A stretch of DNA of 64,000 nucleotides from Eledone cirrhosa (Eukaryota), in assembly GCA_964016885.1 (NCBI GenBank), contig OZ024750.1, forward strand, positions 18,972,001-19,036,000, read 5' to 3'. Positions 1 through 13,218 of this stretch are shown here, piece after piece. Positions within the stretch are counted from its first letter, which is position 1. Each line of letters begins with the position of its first letter. Both the position numbers and the translations under genes were made by a program. The notes beneath the pieces are model-generated. The model saw only the letters and a list, made by a program, of their open reading frames with translations. It did no database searches and was not told where the DNA came from.

Positions 1-373
1 GGACAGTACAGGACAATACAGGACGGTACAAATGGGCATTTCTGCGTGTAAAAAAAAACAGAGGATGTAATAAAAAATAACAATGAAAAATTCCCCAATA
101 GGGGGGAGACTTCGGAGGGACATTTGTGGAGAAAGCCCATTAAAAGGCCACAGTGACCCTGACCACCAGGGCAAGTGCCCTCTCCCAGTTTTCCACCTTT
201 AATTTACAGACACATAATGATAATAATAATAACAACAACAACAACAACACCAATAAATAATTATTCATCCTGTTTGGTTTTAATTTCCTTTAGTGTAAAA
301 ACTGCTTGAAAAACTGCACCAACTTGTTTTCGTTTCTTTTTCAATACAGCAGTAAGGTGTAGCTATATTATAT

Positions 374-470
<97 letters not shown>

Positions 471-491
471 CATATATACATACATACATAT

Positions 492-525
<34 letters not shown>

Positions 526-710
526 GTATTACTATGTATATACATTCATAGATATCTTTAAACCAGAATAATCCGCTGAGATTTTATATATTTTTACTTT
601 TGCAGTATGTATGTGTGTGTGTATGTAAATATATATATGACTATACAAATATATGTAAAACTCACACGCACACACACACATATATATATATAAATCTACA
701 TATATATGTA

Positions 711-966
711 TACTCTTTTACTCTTTTACCTGTTTCAGCCATCCGGCTGAGGCCATGCTGGGGCACCGCCCTTGTTGCTACACATTTTATCTCCAGCCTG
801 TATAGGTTGGCCACTGGTGTAGGAGGGAGTTTGTTGCTGCTGCCCTTAGGTTTCCCTCGTGTCTTGCTGTGGGCTCATCCGGGATCCTGGATAACAAGGT
901 GTCGAGATGTTTCTTAAAGACATCCACCTCCACGTCATGCAAGTCTCGCAGATGCCTCGGCAGCCA
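711..966 (-). mobile_element. 3' end of a CR1/L2-group LINE (ORF2 C-terminus plus 3' UTR/tail)
   Basis: Minus strand 966..787 reads WLPRHLRDLHDVEVDVFKKHLDTLLSRIPDEPTARHEGNLRAAATNSLLHQWPTYTGWR*. The LP..LR....VDVFK..LD..L..IPDEP.....RAA.TNSL pattern is typical of CR1/L2-group ORF2 termini. It is followed by a GGCGGTGCCCCAGCATGGCC 3' UTR and a (GTAAAAGA)n tail. A shorter copy of the tail lies at ~16107-16157. Confidence 0.75.
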
Positions 967-1300
967 GTATGTGTAACAAAGTAAATTTACTTTTTAGTTA
1001 TAAGAAGTTAACGTAGCATTTGGCGTGAGTCTCTAAAATTAAACAGTGAGCATGAATGACGGCTAAAGAACCTCCCAGTTCCACTCATCTAACGGTTCCC
1101 CACCTTCTAAGACTGTCAGACCAAAACACACAAACACACAGAACGAAGCAGAAAAATAAAGAACAGAAAAGTCGATGTAAAATATCAGCTGGTTGGCAAC
1201 AAAAGAACAGCAATGAAAATTAGACGTCTTCTGTACACACATACACACACATATACTTACACATATACTTACACATATACCCCCCCCACATACACACACA

Positions 1301-1366
<66 letters not shown>

Positions 1367-1420
1367 TATATTTATACTGTGTTTTGTTTGTTCATTTTCA
1401 ACTATATATATATATATATA

Positions 1421-1628
1421 GGAAAATGTTCAAGACCTCGATGGCAGAGCTCAAGCCATTTCGACGGCTATTTCTGGACTATTTCAGTCCAGAAATAGCC
1501 GTCGAAACTGCTTGAGCTCTGCCGTCGGGGTCTTGAACATTTTCCTATTACCCACTCTACTACCCTAAGTATTGAGTACTCTGGTGTGTTATGGTCCACC
1601 TGGTCCCTTACCACGCTTCCTTCGTTTT
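1421..1628 (+). mobile_element. Family A (TA)n-inserted palindromic mini-element with the 3' half of a hammerhead (PLE-like), copy 1
   Basis: ~60-bp inverted arms around ATTTC, then a unique tail containing TATTGAGTACT; (TA)n on both sides. The family consensus right arm has GAAAC-GGCT-TGAGCTC-AGCC-GTC (stem III plus GUC site). Confidence 0.8.
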
Positions 1629-1644
1629 ATATATATATATATAT

Positions 1645-1825
1645 AAATGGCTTCTACAGGACTAGAACTGTTTCTTTCATTCGGGAGTAACCATCAGGCT
1701 TCCTGATGATTTCTCCCGAATGAAACAGTTCTAGTCCCGTAGAAGTCATTTCTATATTAAATATTTATACTCTGCTATGTATTGAGTACCTTACTGTGGT
1801 TACCCTCGGTTGAACCTGGGATAAA

Positions 1826-1828
<3 letters not shown>
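1645..1828 (+). mobile_element. Family B (TA)n-inserted palindromic element with a type I hammerhead
   Basis: Inverted arms 1645-1698 and 1702-1751. Consensus of the two arms gives GGCTTC-CTGATGA-TTTC..GAAA-GAAA-CAG..CTG-TA-GAAGYC. Tail has ATTGAGTACC. A related tail is on the minus strand at ~23580-23662. Confidence 0.75.
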
Positions 1829-1861
<33 letters not shown>

Positions 1862-2027
1862 AAAAATTAGCAAACCACATTTGAGGACACACTTTTCCCC
1901 GAACTGATTTTTAACCCGCGTATGTTTGCGGTGAGAACGGAAGTGTATATGAGGTGACTGGATTCTGCACGACGATGACTGAAGTTTGGTGACAAGGGGG
2001 ACAACTCAAATTAGACTGAAGAACACA

Positions 2028-2064
<37 letters not shown>

Positions 2065-3044
2065 TCACACAGACACACACACTCACATATATTGTGTTTT
2101 GTTTGTTCATTTTCAACTGTATATATATATATATATATATATATCGATATAACCTCTTTATGCTTTGCCTCACTGAAGTACATTGACATATGCTACACTC
2201 TATATCTTCTGTGTTAAAAGTACATCCACATCGTTACATTAGCCCATGTTTCGTTCTGTTAAAATTACATATATATATAATACTAAACCCTTACTATTAT
2301 TGCCTTGTTAAAAAGTCCATAGCGATTGCTACACTCTTTAGTTTTGCTCTTTTAAAAGCCTATTTATATCGCCACATCATCTCAGAAAGTTTGCCTTGTC
2401 ATATTAAAAGTACATTTTGCCTTGTCATATTAAAAGTACATTTACATTGCTATAGCTTCGAACAGAAAATAAAATCACAACTGCCGTCCATCATATTCTT
2501 TTGTTTTTTAATCGTAATTATTGAGTACAGCAAAACAATCAAATAAACGATAGGATTTACACTAGAACAACAACAACAACAACAACAACAACAAAAACAA
2601 TAGCTAGCAACAAGAAAACAATCGCAACAACAACAAAAACAATAGCTAGCAACAAGAAAACAACCGCAACAACAACAAAAACAATAGCTAGCTACAAGAA
2701 AAACAATAAGTACAGCAACAACAACTACTACTATAACACTACTCAAAGAAAAACAATCACTTTAAAATAAAGGGTCACCATATGCTTATTGGTTCTTTTA
2801 AACGAATCAGTTTTGTTTTACTTTCATCATGCTTTCGCTGTTGTTGTTGTTGTTATTGTCGTTGTTGATGTTGCTATTGTTTTTGTGCTATTATTTTTGT
2901 ATAATATGTTGTAGTTGTTGTTGTTGCTGTTAGTTTTTGTTATGGCTGCTGTCGATGTTTCTGTTGTTGTTGCTGTTGTCATCATGCCATTCTTTACTCC
3001 AACGTTGTCCTTATTCCTCGCCTATTGGATTATTTCACTACTAT

Positions 3045-3505
3045 GACACCATTAACGCATGACACCACATTAACACATGACCACATTAACACATGACACC
3101 AGAAACACATGGCTACATTAAGATATGACATCACATTAACACATGACCACATTAACACATGACCACATTAACACATGGCCACATGACCACATTAAACACA
3201 TGACACCAGAAACACATGGCTACATTAAGATATGACGCCACACTAACACATGACCACAATAACACATGGCCACATGACCACATTAACACATTACCACATC
3301 AACACAGGGCCACATTAACACATGACACTGCAAACACATGGCCACACTAACAAATGGCCACATTAACATATGGCACCACATTATCACATGGCCACATGAC
3401 CACATTAACACATGGCCACATTGACACATGACACCACAAATACACGTCCACATTAACATGGCCACATTAACACATGACACCACAAATACATGGCCACACT
3501 AACAC
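3045..3505. repeat. Degenerate minisatellite based on CACATTAACACATGAC
   Basis: Many tandem variants of a 16-19 bp unit, followed by (CCA)n. Confidence 0.85.
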
Positions 3506-3589
3506 GCCACCACACCACCACCACTAGCACCACCACCACCACCACCACCACCACCACCACCACCACCACCACTTAGCCTTGGTTTACCT

Positions 3590-3720
3590 GGTTTCACTCA
3601 CAAGGCTTGGGTCGACCAGAACTTCTAATTAACGACACTTGATCAATATGCCAGGTAATGAAATCGAACCGGGTACATAATGATTGCAAAGCGAATTTCT
3701 TTACCATTCGACCACACAGC
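3590..3720 (-). mobile_element. Degenerate tRNA-derived SINE of a second family
   Basis: TTCACTCACAAGGCTTGGGTCG...GACACTTG...ATCGAACC; the minus strand has a B-box-like GGTTCGAT. A related copy is at ~39046-39285. Confidence 0.55.
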
Positions 3721-4185
3721 GTCCATCACCAACCGTAGTAAAATTGTGAACTAATAATTAGCTGGTGAACTAATTAAATAATAAAACATACCATATTTTA
3801 AGAAGATATTTAATTAGATATTTTTTCCTATCAATTCATATTAATTTTATCCTCCAATGAGATGTTATAATTTGCCAGAAAATTTGCGATTTTACAGAAA
3901 AAGAAATGAAAAAGAGAGAAAAATTAATTATTTACTGTTGATATCGTAATCTCCTATTCAGTTTCATTAATCATTATTTTGTTTAATAATTAGTTAAGAC
4001 AGCTAATTGGCGCAGTCATTAGAGCGTCAGCGAGGACGTCTTGCGACACTTGATCTGACTCTCTCCACCCTGAATTCGATTCACACCAGCCAAGATCAAC
4101 TTTGCCTTTTATTCTTTCGTTGACGTTAAATAAAATAATAGCACAAGGCGGTGAGTTGGCGGGATTGCTTGAGGGTCATATAGAA

Positions 4186-4423
4186 CCGGCATGTCAAACT
4201 GAGGGTCATCTGAGGGCCACATGGGTCACATACGTGTTGTTTGAGGGCGACACACGACAACTAATTGCGCACATTACAACTAATTTTTTTTAAATTTTGT
4301 ATTACGAAGATAAAACATGCTCACGCTGTAAAAACATTTGTGCGGGCCGCAGGTGTGCTTGTAAAGGGCAGCATGAAGCCCGTGGGCCAATGCAGCATGT
4401 GGGCCACATGTTTGACATGCCTG
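4186..4423. mobile_element. hAT (Charlie-like) MITE nested in an old SINE (SINE ~4144-4545)
   Basis: TIRs C(C/A)GGCATGTCAAAC / GTTTGACATGCCTG; 8-bp TSD ATATAGAA at 4178-4185 and 4424-4431. Confidence 0.9.
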
Positions 4424-4939
4424 ATATAGAATGTCATCCTTGTAGTATTTATTCTGGCTCTCTACGTTCTGATTTCATCTCTCGCTGGCCGAAGTCAACG
4501 TTCCCTTTCATTCTTTCGATATCGTTAAATAAAGTACCTGTCCAGGGATGATGAATTTGTAAAAATGTTAAGAGTGTCAGATAAAATGTTTTGCGTTCAG
4601 AATGCAAACCTCGCTGAGATTGACTTTGTCCTTTATATATTCAAAATATGGCTGCGCAAAGGACAAAGACAATGGAATAAACGACGGAAAAACAGTCACA
4701 TCTCATCAGCCAACCTCTAGAAATCACTACACTTTCAGTTTTTAAAGGTTGATTCCAGTGCGCATTGGAATGTAACAAAACAGGTAGAGACAAAGACAGG
4801 AAAATTTATGCCTTTCGGCGAATTACACAAATGGAGACGAAAATCTATCTATCTATCTGTCTGTAGATTTTATGTAAAACCCCCGCCGTCACGTCTTGTA
4901 ATGTCCAATTTTTGTAGGCCCTTGTGGCAAATAAAGAAC

Positions 4940-5028
<89 letters not shown>

Positions 5029-5069
5029 CTGTCTGTCTGTCTTCCCATCTATCTATCCATCCATCCATC

Positions 5070-5103
<34 letters not shown>

Positions 5104-5244
5104 GTGATGCAGACAAACAGACAGTTATATTTACATATTGAAACAGTTTAGTATCCTTTCACATGTAATTTCACGGCAGCCATCTTTACACTAATTATTT
5201 CTGAAATAAACAGACAAATCAACATTCAGACGATAAACAACAAC

Positions 5245-5547
5245 GTCATCATCTGACAACAACAACAACACTAATAATAACAATATCAACAGCAACAACA
5301 ACAATAACATCAACAGCAGCAATAACAACAAGGACAGCAAGATCAATAACAACAACAACAGAAACAGGAGCAATAACATCAACGATAACAACAACAACAA
5401 CAACAGCAGCAGCAACAACAACAACAACAAGAACATTAACAACAACAACCACAACAGCCATAATAGTAACAACAGCAGCACCACCACCACCACCACCACC
5501 ACCACCACCACCACCACCACCACCACCACCACCAACAACAACAGCAA

Positions 5548-5578
<31 letters not shown>

Positions 5579-6155
5579 CACAACAGCCATAATAGTAACA
5601 ACAGCAATAATTGTAACAATAACAAATGTCACAACAATAACAAAAACAGTAACAACAACAGCAATAACAATAGCAGCAGCAGCAACAACAACAACCACAA
5701 CAGTAACAACAACGGTAACAAAAACACCAATAACAGTAACAACAACAACACTAACAACAACTGTAACAACAACAACAGTAACAACAACAACCACAACAGT
5801 AACAACGACGGTAACAACAACATCATCAATAACAACGGTAACAGCAACAACAATAACAGTAACACTAACTGCAAATTCAAAAACAACAACAACAACATCA
5901 TCAATAACAACAACAACAACAACAACAACAACAGTAACAACAACGGTAACAACAACAACAATAACAGTAACACTAACTGCAATATCAACAACAACAACAA
6001 CATCATCAATAACAACAACAATAACAACAACGGTAACAACAACGGTAACAACAACAACAACAATAACAGTAACACCAGCTGCAACATCATCATCGACCAC
6101 CACCACCACCACCACCACCACCACCACCACCACCACAACAACAACAACAACAACA
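5245..6155. repeat. Compound (AAC/AGC/AAT/ACC)n trinucleotide array
   Basis: Visible directly; it produces the spurious poly-L and poly-V ORFs. Confidence 0.95.
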
Positions 6156-6634
6156 GTAATTATTCGAAAGGAAATAAAAAAAAAAACCAAATGAGTTTTG
6201 AAAATGAAAATTGGGGAAAAAAAAAAATTGATTTAAAACAAAGTGATTTGGAAGTTGAAGGAAAAGAAGAAAAAAGGTGAGTAAAGAGGTGTAGGAGTAG
6301 GAAGAGGTGGAGGAGGGGGAGGAGATGGTGAAGAGAAGATGGGGAGGGTGAGGAAGAAGAGAGAGGAAGGGGAGAAGAGAAGAGGAGGAGAAGAAAATCA
6401 TTAACAGATTAAAAATAAAGGAAAAATCTAAATACCAAAGATTGGTTTTTTTTTTCAAGAGAAGTGAAGAAGACAGCAAGAAAAAAAAATTAAAAAAATA
6501 GAAAAAAAAATATATATAGAGAAAGATAGATAGACAAATATGTAGATATAGATATGTTGTAGATATAGATATGTATCTATCCCCCTCTATTTTACGCTCC
6601 CCCCTCTCTTTCTCTCTCTCTCTACACACACACA

Positions 6635-6666
<32 letters not shown>

Positions 6667-6731
6667 CCCAGGGGGTGTAACTAGGGGTTACTGCAGGTTC
6701 ACCCGGGATATATATATATATATATATATAT

Positions 6732-6943
6732 AGGTAGAACACTGGAAGGTAATATCAGTAGTGGTAGAGCACTCAGCCCATGGGACGAGTTAGGTAGAAG
6801 TGGTAACACAACAGTTAGTTCACCATACCAAGAAAAATTGTTTCACCTTAGCGGATCTTCAGCTCGTAGTGTGAAGATCCGCTGAAGATCCGCTAAGGTG
6901 AAACAATTTTTCTTGGTATGGTGAACTAACTGTTGTGTTACCA

Positions 6944-6946
<3 letters not shown>
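6732..6946 (-). mobile_element. (TA)n-inserted palindromic element with a hammerhead-like core
   Basis: Arms ~6798-6863 and ~6881-6946 each read CTGAAGA-TCCGCTAAGGT-GAAAC-AATTTTTCTTG-GTA. The minus-strand tail has CTGAGTGCT (6768-6774). (TA)n on both sides. Confidence 0.7.
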
Positions 6947-7022
<76 letters not shown>

Positions 7023-7439
7023 ACATTCAAAGTAAAGAGTGTCATGAATGATACAAAATCGAAAAACAGCTCAAGATAGAATTCATAGAATAAAATCAAG
7101 CCTTAATCATTATAAGAAAGTGAATGAAATATATTGATACACACTTAAGTGTGCATTAAGATATATCAAAGCTTAAGACTAGATACAATCTGCACTAAAT
7201 GTAAGATTACATAATTCGTTGAGTATCTTAAAATTAAATATCTTAAAATTAAATCAAAATACCTGATAACGATCTTAATATTCCCCTCATATATATTCTC
7301 CACAAAATCAGAATACATTTCACCAAATAACGGCGAAATTAGATATTTTAAAATGGATCATCAGTGAGGGAATTTCAAAATCACCTAATCTCACCCAATA
7401 CAGGGTTGAAAGTAGCTAAACACACATGGTATCAATACA

Positions 7440-7477
<38 letters not shown>

Positions 7478-7479
7478 CA

Positions 7480-7613
7480 TTGAAACAACAACAGAAGGTC
7501 GGACCGGAAGATTTACTTTAGAATCTGAATTCTGCGAAAGAACTGTACATATTTCGATGGCTCAAGTCTATCATCCGATTATGATGCAAGATTAGGCGAT
7601 TTCATCAGGTGTT
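7480..7613 (-). mobile_element. PLE-like element end with a degenerate hammerhead
   Basis: Minus strand reads AACAC-CTGATGA-(~50 nt)-C-GAAA-TATGTA, and the element ends in (TA)n at ~7480. Stems are imperfect. Confidence 0.45.
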
Positions 7614-7849
7614 ATTTGCAGAATTATGTAACAGGGTTACGTTGAACCTAAACTTAGTATAGAAGATAGGAGATAGAAAAAAATAGGAGATAGAAATAGA
7701 AAATAGTGGACTGATTCGATTCGGGGACAGCCTGCTAAGTTGGTGTTATATCGATAGCAGACGGTCCCCGAATGACACCTGATGCCTGCTTTGTGACCTG
7801 GTAGGCGTGGTAGGGGAGGTGGGGCTTGTACATCATTCCTCTGCCATTA

Positions 7850-8270
7850 TTCCCTCTACATAACCTTTCTGTGCACACATTCCTCACAACACACCATTCT
7901 CTACTATTCATCATTCCTCTTCTCTACATCATCCTCCCCACCATCCTTCCTCCACCATCATTCCCCCCGCCATCATTCTGCACTAAACATTATTCCTCCA
8001 CCATCCTTCCTCCACCATAATTCTTCACTAAACATCATTCCCCCACCATCCTTCCTCCACCATCATTCCCCCCGCCATCATTCTGCACTAAACATTATTC
8101 CTCCACCATCATTACTCTACCATCATTCCCCACTAAACATTATTCCTCCGCCATCCTTCCTCCACCATAATTCTTCACTAAACATCATTCCCCCACCATC
8201 CTTCTTCCACCATCATTGCCCCCCCGCCATCATTCTGCACTAAACATTATTCCTCCACCATCATTCATCT
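7850..8270. repeat. Pyrimidine-rich minisatellite (CCTCCACCATCATTC / CACTAAACATTATT variants)
   Basis: Repeated units with higher-order duplication. Confidence 0.8.
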
Positions 8271-8808
8271 AAACTCAATCACCTTTCTCTATCATTCCGC
8301 CACTCTCATTACCCCTTTTTACGTCCATCCACTATCCCCCCCCCCCTCTACATCACTCCTCTATACACCCATTCTCCTTTATACACTAATTCTTCTTTAT
8401 ATACACTCTATGAAATGTATACACCGTCCGCCTCTACACCGTATAATCCTTAGATACAATTCAATGCAAATGTGAACCTGTTTTTAAGTAGTGATCAATG
8501 GTGATTAGTTGTTCAATTACCTAATAGCTTTTACAGGAAATGCTTTAACCAATTCCAGTGCTTTCACTCTCCATGTATACTGACATTAAACAAACGAATC
8601 AACAAGAGCTCCCTAAATTTGTCTCCTTCCCCTTTCCCTTCCCTTCCAATTCCCACACTTCCTCTAAAATTTCTCCCTTTTTCCTTTTTTTTTTTTTTTT
8701 TTTTTTTCTCATTTTCATTCCACGTCCATAGTAAATTTCTTTTTATCTTTCTCTCTCTCTCTAATAAATACCTCCGTACTTACACACATATGCATACTAA
8801 CATGTGCG

Positions 8809-8850
<42 letters not shown>

Positions 8851-8897
8851 TGCCGAAGCAGCCGTCTCACACACACACATATACACATATATATCCC

Positions 8898-8936
<39 letters not shown>

Positions 8937-8944
8937 TATATATA

Positions 8945-8992
<48 letters not shown>

Positions 8993-9011
8993 ATACATGT
9001 ATATATATGTA

Positions 9012-9279
9012 CAGTGAATCTTTGCTTATCCGGATATCGCTTTTCCGAAATTCGATTTACCGGACGGCTATTTCTATACTACAAACAATGTGTATTTGAA
9101 GGTTGTTTATGAAGGTCTATGTTTATGATTCCATTTTTACGTGCGATAAACATGATTGACTAAAAGAAGCCAAAACAGTAGAAACCACGAGCATTATGTA
9201 ACAATGAGATTTTAGAATTCACTTATCCGGATCCTTTTCTAACTGTTTGGTTTTGACCGTCCGGATAAGCGAAGATGCA

Positions 9280-9282
<3 letters not shown>
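9012..9282. mobile_element. Tc1/mariner-superfamily (pogo/Tigger-like) MITE
   Basis: TIRs CAGTGAATCTTTGCTTATCCGGA / TCCGGATAAGCGAAGATGCACTG, TA target on both sides, internal TTATCCGGA sub-repeats. Confidence 0.85.
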
Positions 9283-9354
<72 letters not shown>

Positions 9355-9402
9355 CATATATATATGTGCATATATATACATATATATATATATATACATA
9401 CA

Positions 9403-9463
<61 letters not shown>

Positions 9464-9735
9464 ATATCCATATATATATATATGCAACATCGGTTCGGGA
9501 AACATTTACAGCTGACGATGGAAACTCCTTTCTTCCTTTCTCCTCCTGTTCCGTTCTAACCACCATCCTAAACCTTGTTTTAAGTAACCACACAGCTCCT
9601 TTCGTTTCATAACTTTTTGTATATATATATAATATATATATATATGTCTGTATATATATATATATAATCAAGGTTTAGCAAATAAAAAAAAGTTTCAAAA
9701 TAAATTTCAAAAAATTCACTGTACTCACTATGGTT

Positions 9736-9822
9736 ACCTTTACCGAATCGGTTTCGAGTCTCAAAAATAAATGGACAGTCCTTGCGGCCTTCCATTGAGA
9801 AGATAAACTCTCGTCAGAAGGT
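9736..9822 (-). ncRNA. Complete type I hammerhead ribozyme in a PLE-like element (element ~9669 to beyond 9822)
   Basis: ACCTT-CTGACGA-GAGT(extended stem II)ACTC-GAAA-CCGATTCGG-TA-AAGGT. All core residues are present, with a G10.1-C11.1 pair, a GUA site and a 5-bp stem I. GTGAGTAC and (TA)n follow downstream. Confidence 0.85.
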
Positions 9823-10036
9823 TCTTTTCACTCGGAGAATATAAAATTCCCGAGTTCAAATTACGAACTGGCGCTATTCAAAATTGTTCCCGAGATGAGA
9901 ATGAATGATGTGGAAGCAATTCTGTCCAGTGCCGTGTGTAAAGATAGAAGTCAGAGGCAGGGAGGTCAGTCTACTACCACTATAAATAGCAGCAGTCAAA
10001 ACGACCAAATTTTATCTCGACCAAGAGGAGATTAAT

Positions 10037-10361
<325 letters not shown>

Positions 10362-10391
10362 GAAAGGTATAGAAATATATATATATATAAT

Positions 10392-10440
10392 AGGAACGAG
10401 TAGGACCCCGACGGCTGAGCTCAAGACGTTTCGACGGCTA

Positions 10441-10517
<77 letters not shown>

Positions 10518-10688
10518 GTATATATATGTATATATGTATATATACATATGCGTCCAGAATTAGCCGTCGAAACGGCTTGAGCTCAGCCGTCGGGGTCCTA
10601 CTCGTTCCTATTACCCACTCTACTACCCTAAGTATTGAGTACTTTGGTGCGTTATGGTCCACCTGGTTCCTTACCACATTTCCTTCGT

Positions 10689-10689
<1 letters not shown>
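10392..10689 (+). mobile_element. Family A element, copy 2 (palindrome axis interrupted by a TA array)
   Basis: Left arm 10392-10446, then ~105 bp of (TA)n-like sequence, then right arm and tail 10552-10689. Confidence 0.8.
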
Positions 10690-10724
<35 letters not shown>

Positions 10725-11284
10725 TACATACACATACACACATACATACACACATACACACATGCACACATGTATACATATACACATGCATACACATACA
10801 CCAACCCTTCTAATAATCTGTAGCTAATGAATACATTTTGATTAAAGGTTTAATTCATCAAAAAGAAATCCTTTGCAACAGAATTCAACCCCAAACGAAC
10901 CAGGTTTCTCTCTCTCTAGCTCTCTCTCTCTCTCTCTCTCCTTTTCCTCCTCTCTCTCTTCCTCTTCAGATACTTTAACTAATCACAATAATTTTAACTT
11001 ATTCTCCCACCCCACTTACAGATTCCCCCGAATCCCCCCCCCCCCCAAAAAAAAAACTATAGATGGAAGCGAAGAAGGAATATTTGCTACCATTTTTCTT
11101 TGTCAAGTGTGTTTAGAAAACAACAAAGAATCTCTAGTAATATTGAAATCTCAAAGACTTTAATTTCCATGGAATTGTAAACACGAAGAATGCTCCAGAT
11201 TCTAAGTGCCTAATCGAAATGAATTACTAATTCTATAAGCGATCACATCGAATTTAAACTAACCAGTGCCACTATAATAATTGT

Positions 11285-12135
11285 TTCCACTTTTAGCTCA
11301 AGGCCAGAAATTTGAAGGGAATTAAATCAACCCCCAGTGCATTACTGGTACTTTATTTTATCGACCCTGTAAGGATGAAAGACAAAGTTGACCTCGACTG
11401 GATTTAATGCAGAACCTAGAAAATCATAACTAAATATTTGTGTCTACTTTAGGCACAAGGCCAGCAATTACCCAGTTCATTACTGGTACTTTATTTTATC
11501 GACCCTGTAAGGATGAAAGGCAAAGTCAACCTCGGCGGTATTTGAACTCAGATCGTAAAGGGACGTAACTATGCTGAAAAGCATGGCGTCCGACCCTTAA
11601 CTAAATATTGCAAAGCATTTTGTCCAACACTTTACTGATACTGCCAAACCACCGCCCTTTATAGTAGTGGTAGTAGTAGTAGTAGTAGTAGCAGTAGTAG
11701 TAGTAGCAGCAGCAGCAGTAGCAGTAGATGTAGTAATGGTTTCTGATTTAGGTTCAAGGAGGGGGGGGGGGGAAAGTCGATGAAATCGACCCCAGTATAT
11801 TACTGGTGCTTAAGGATAAAAGGCAAAGCTAACATCGTCGAGATTTGAACTCAGAACTATCACCACCAGCACCACTAGCACTAGCACCACCAACACCAGC
11901 ACCAGCAGTAAATTCTGTGCTACACAGAATGGTGTCCGACGCTCTACCGATACTGCCAACCCACTGCCCTAATAATAATGGTTTCTTAGATAGGCATAAG
12001 GCCAACAATTTTTTTTGGGGTGAGGAGGAAAGTCGATTAAATCGACCCCAGTGCGTTACGGCTACTTTATTTTATCGACTCCATAAGGATGAAAGGCAAA
12101 GCTAACCTCGGCAGGATTTGAACTCAGAACGTAAA
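11285..12135 (-). mobile_element. Cluster of about 4 tRNA-derived SINE copies (main family S1 and older relatives)
   Basis: Minus strand has A-box-like TGGCAGTATCGGTAGAG, B-box GAGTTCAAATCC and the central GCCTTTCATCCTTACGGGGTCGATAAAATAAAGTACCAG (Meta-domain-like). Confidence 0.8.
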
Positions 12136-12145
12136 GAAATAGAAG

Positions 12146-12186
12146 GAAGAGGACCATAGCGTTTCGGACGCTAGTCCTTCATCAGT
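12146..12186 (-). ncRNA. Hammerhead core (stem I 5' strand lost)
   Basis: CTGATGA-A-GGAC-TAGC-GTCC-GAAAC-GCTATG-GTC-CTCTTCC; same family as 44464-44499. Confidence 0.7.
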
Positions 12187-12747
12187 GTGTGTGTGTGTGT
12201 GTGCATACATATATTCAAACACTCACACAGGTGTGAATCCAAGATTACGTTATCAAATTATCAAATGTGTCCTTCATTTATAAAACCATAGACATATGAC
12301 TTGAAAGATATTTGGCTGCTATTTTTAACACGCTAAATGACCACGTAGAGACTCCTTTCTTGGTAATTCTCATTTTTATTCTGGATAAGAAACGCCGAAA
12401 CCCAAAACCAAACTAATCAGAGTATTTTTCATCAATTATTTAAGAAATGCATCAATATATGACGTCACCCGGATGACAAATAATATGTTAAGTGTGTGTA
12501 GAGGGAGAAAGTACAATGAATAGATTGGAACATTAAAAGTTTAAACCTGCTTTAACATTTTCAATGTCTGTAATCATTAAATATGCTTTCAACCACTTAA
12601 CTACAGTGATTTTAAAACAATAGTTAAAGGGGTGTACGGTGTATGAAGTTGCGGTTGTTACTTCCTAGGAGTGTAGCACAAAAGGATTTCAAATAACTGC
12701 GCTTCGACCAGACAACAGTGTTAGCAATAATTGTTTCAACTATTATT

Positions 12748-12960
12748 AAGCAATTGTGGTTACTGAAAAAGGTGGTGGTAATACTAATAATAGTTGGAGT
12801 CTTGGGAACAGTGAGTAGAGATCTTGAGAAGTACATTAGACAGATAAGGATTGCAATACGGATGGAAAACTTACAAAAAAAAAAAAACAGCTTTGCTTGG
12901 AATAGCTCGAATACTCTGGAGGGGTGTTACCTCAGTTCACTGGCAGTGAACAGTTAACAC
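12748..12960 (+). mobile_element. 3' fragment of an R4/Dong-like (RLE) LINE
   Basis: QLWLLKKVVVILIIVGVLGTVSRDLEKYIRQIRIAIRMENLQK-(frameshift in poly-A)-TALLGIARIL, matching the post-RLE C-terminus of R4/Dong elements. Confidence 0.7.
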
Positions 12961-12989
12961 TGTAATACATCTCCAGTATTAGAATAGTA

Positions 12990-13180
12990 GGGTGGTGAAT
13001 TGGCAGTATCGGTAGAGGGTTGGACGCCATGCTTTCTAGCATAGTTACGTCCCTTTACAGTCTGAGTTCAAATCCCGCCGAGGTTAACTTTGCCTTTCAT
13101 CCTTACGGGGTCGATAAAATAAAGTACCAGTAATGTACTGGATAATTGCTGGCCTTGTGCCTAAAGTAGAAACAAGTATT
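12990..13180 (+). mobile_element. tRNA-derived SINE S1, near full length
   Basis: GGTGGTGAATTGGCAGTATCGGTAGAG...GAGTTCAAATCCCGCCGAGGTTAACTTTGCCTTTCATCC...TAGAAACAA; flanked by the repeated AGTATTAGAATAGTAGGG (TSD-like). Confidence 0.85.
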
Positions 13181-13218
13181 AGAATAGTAGGGGTTTTTTG
13201 GTGACGATCATAATGTCA

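Noticed and set aside
5191-6190. Poly-Leu/Val membrane-protein-like ORFs
   Set aside because: Antisense reading of (AAC)n.
12460-12477. TGACGTCA plus CCGGATG (CRE/ETS-like) promoter
   Set aside because: Short motifs expected by chance; no associated gene start.
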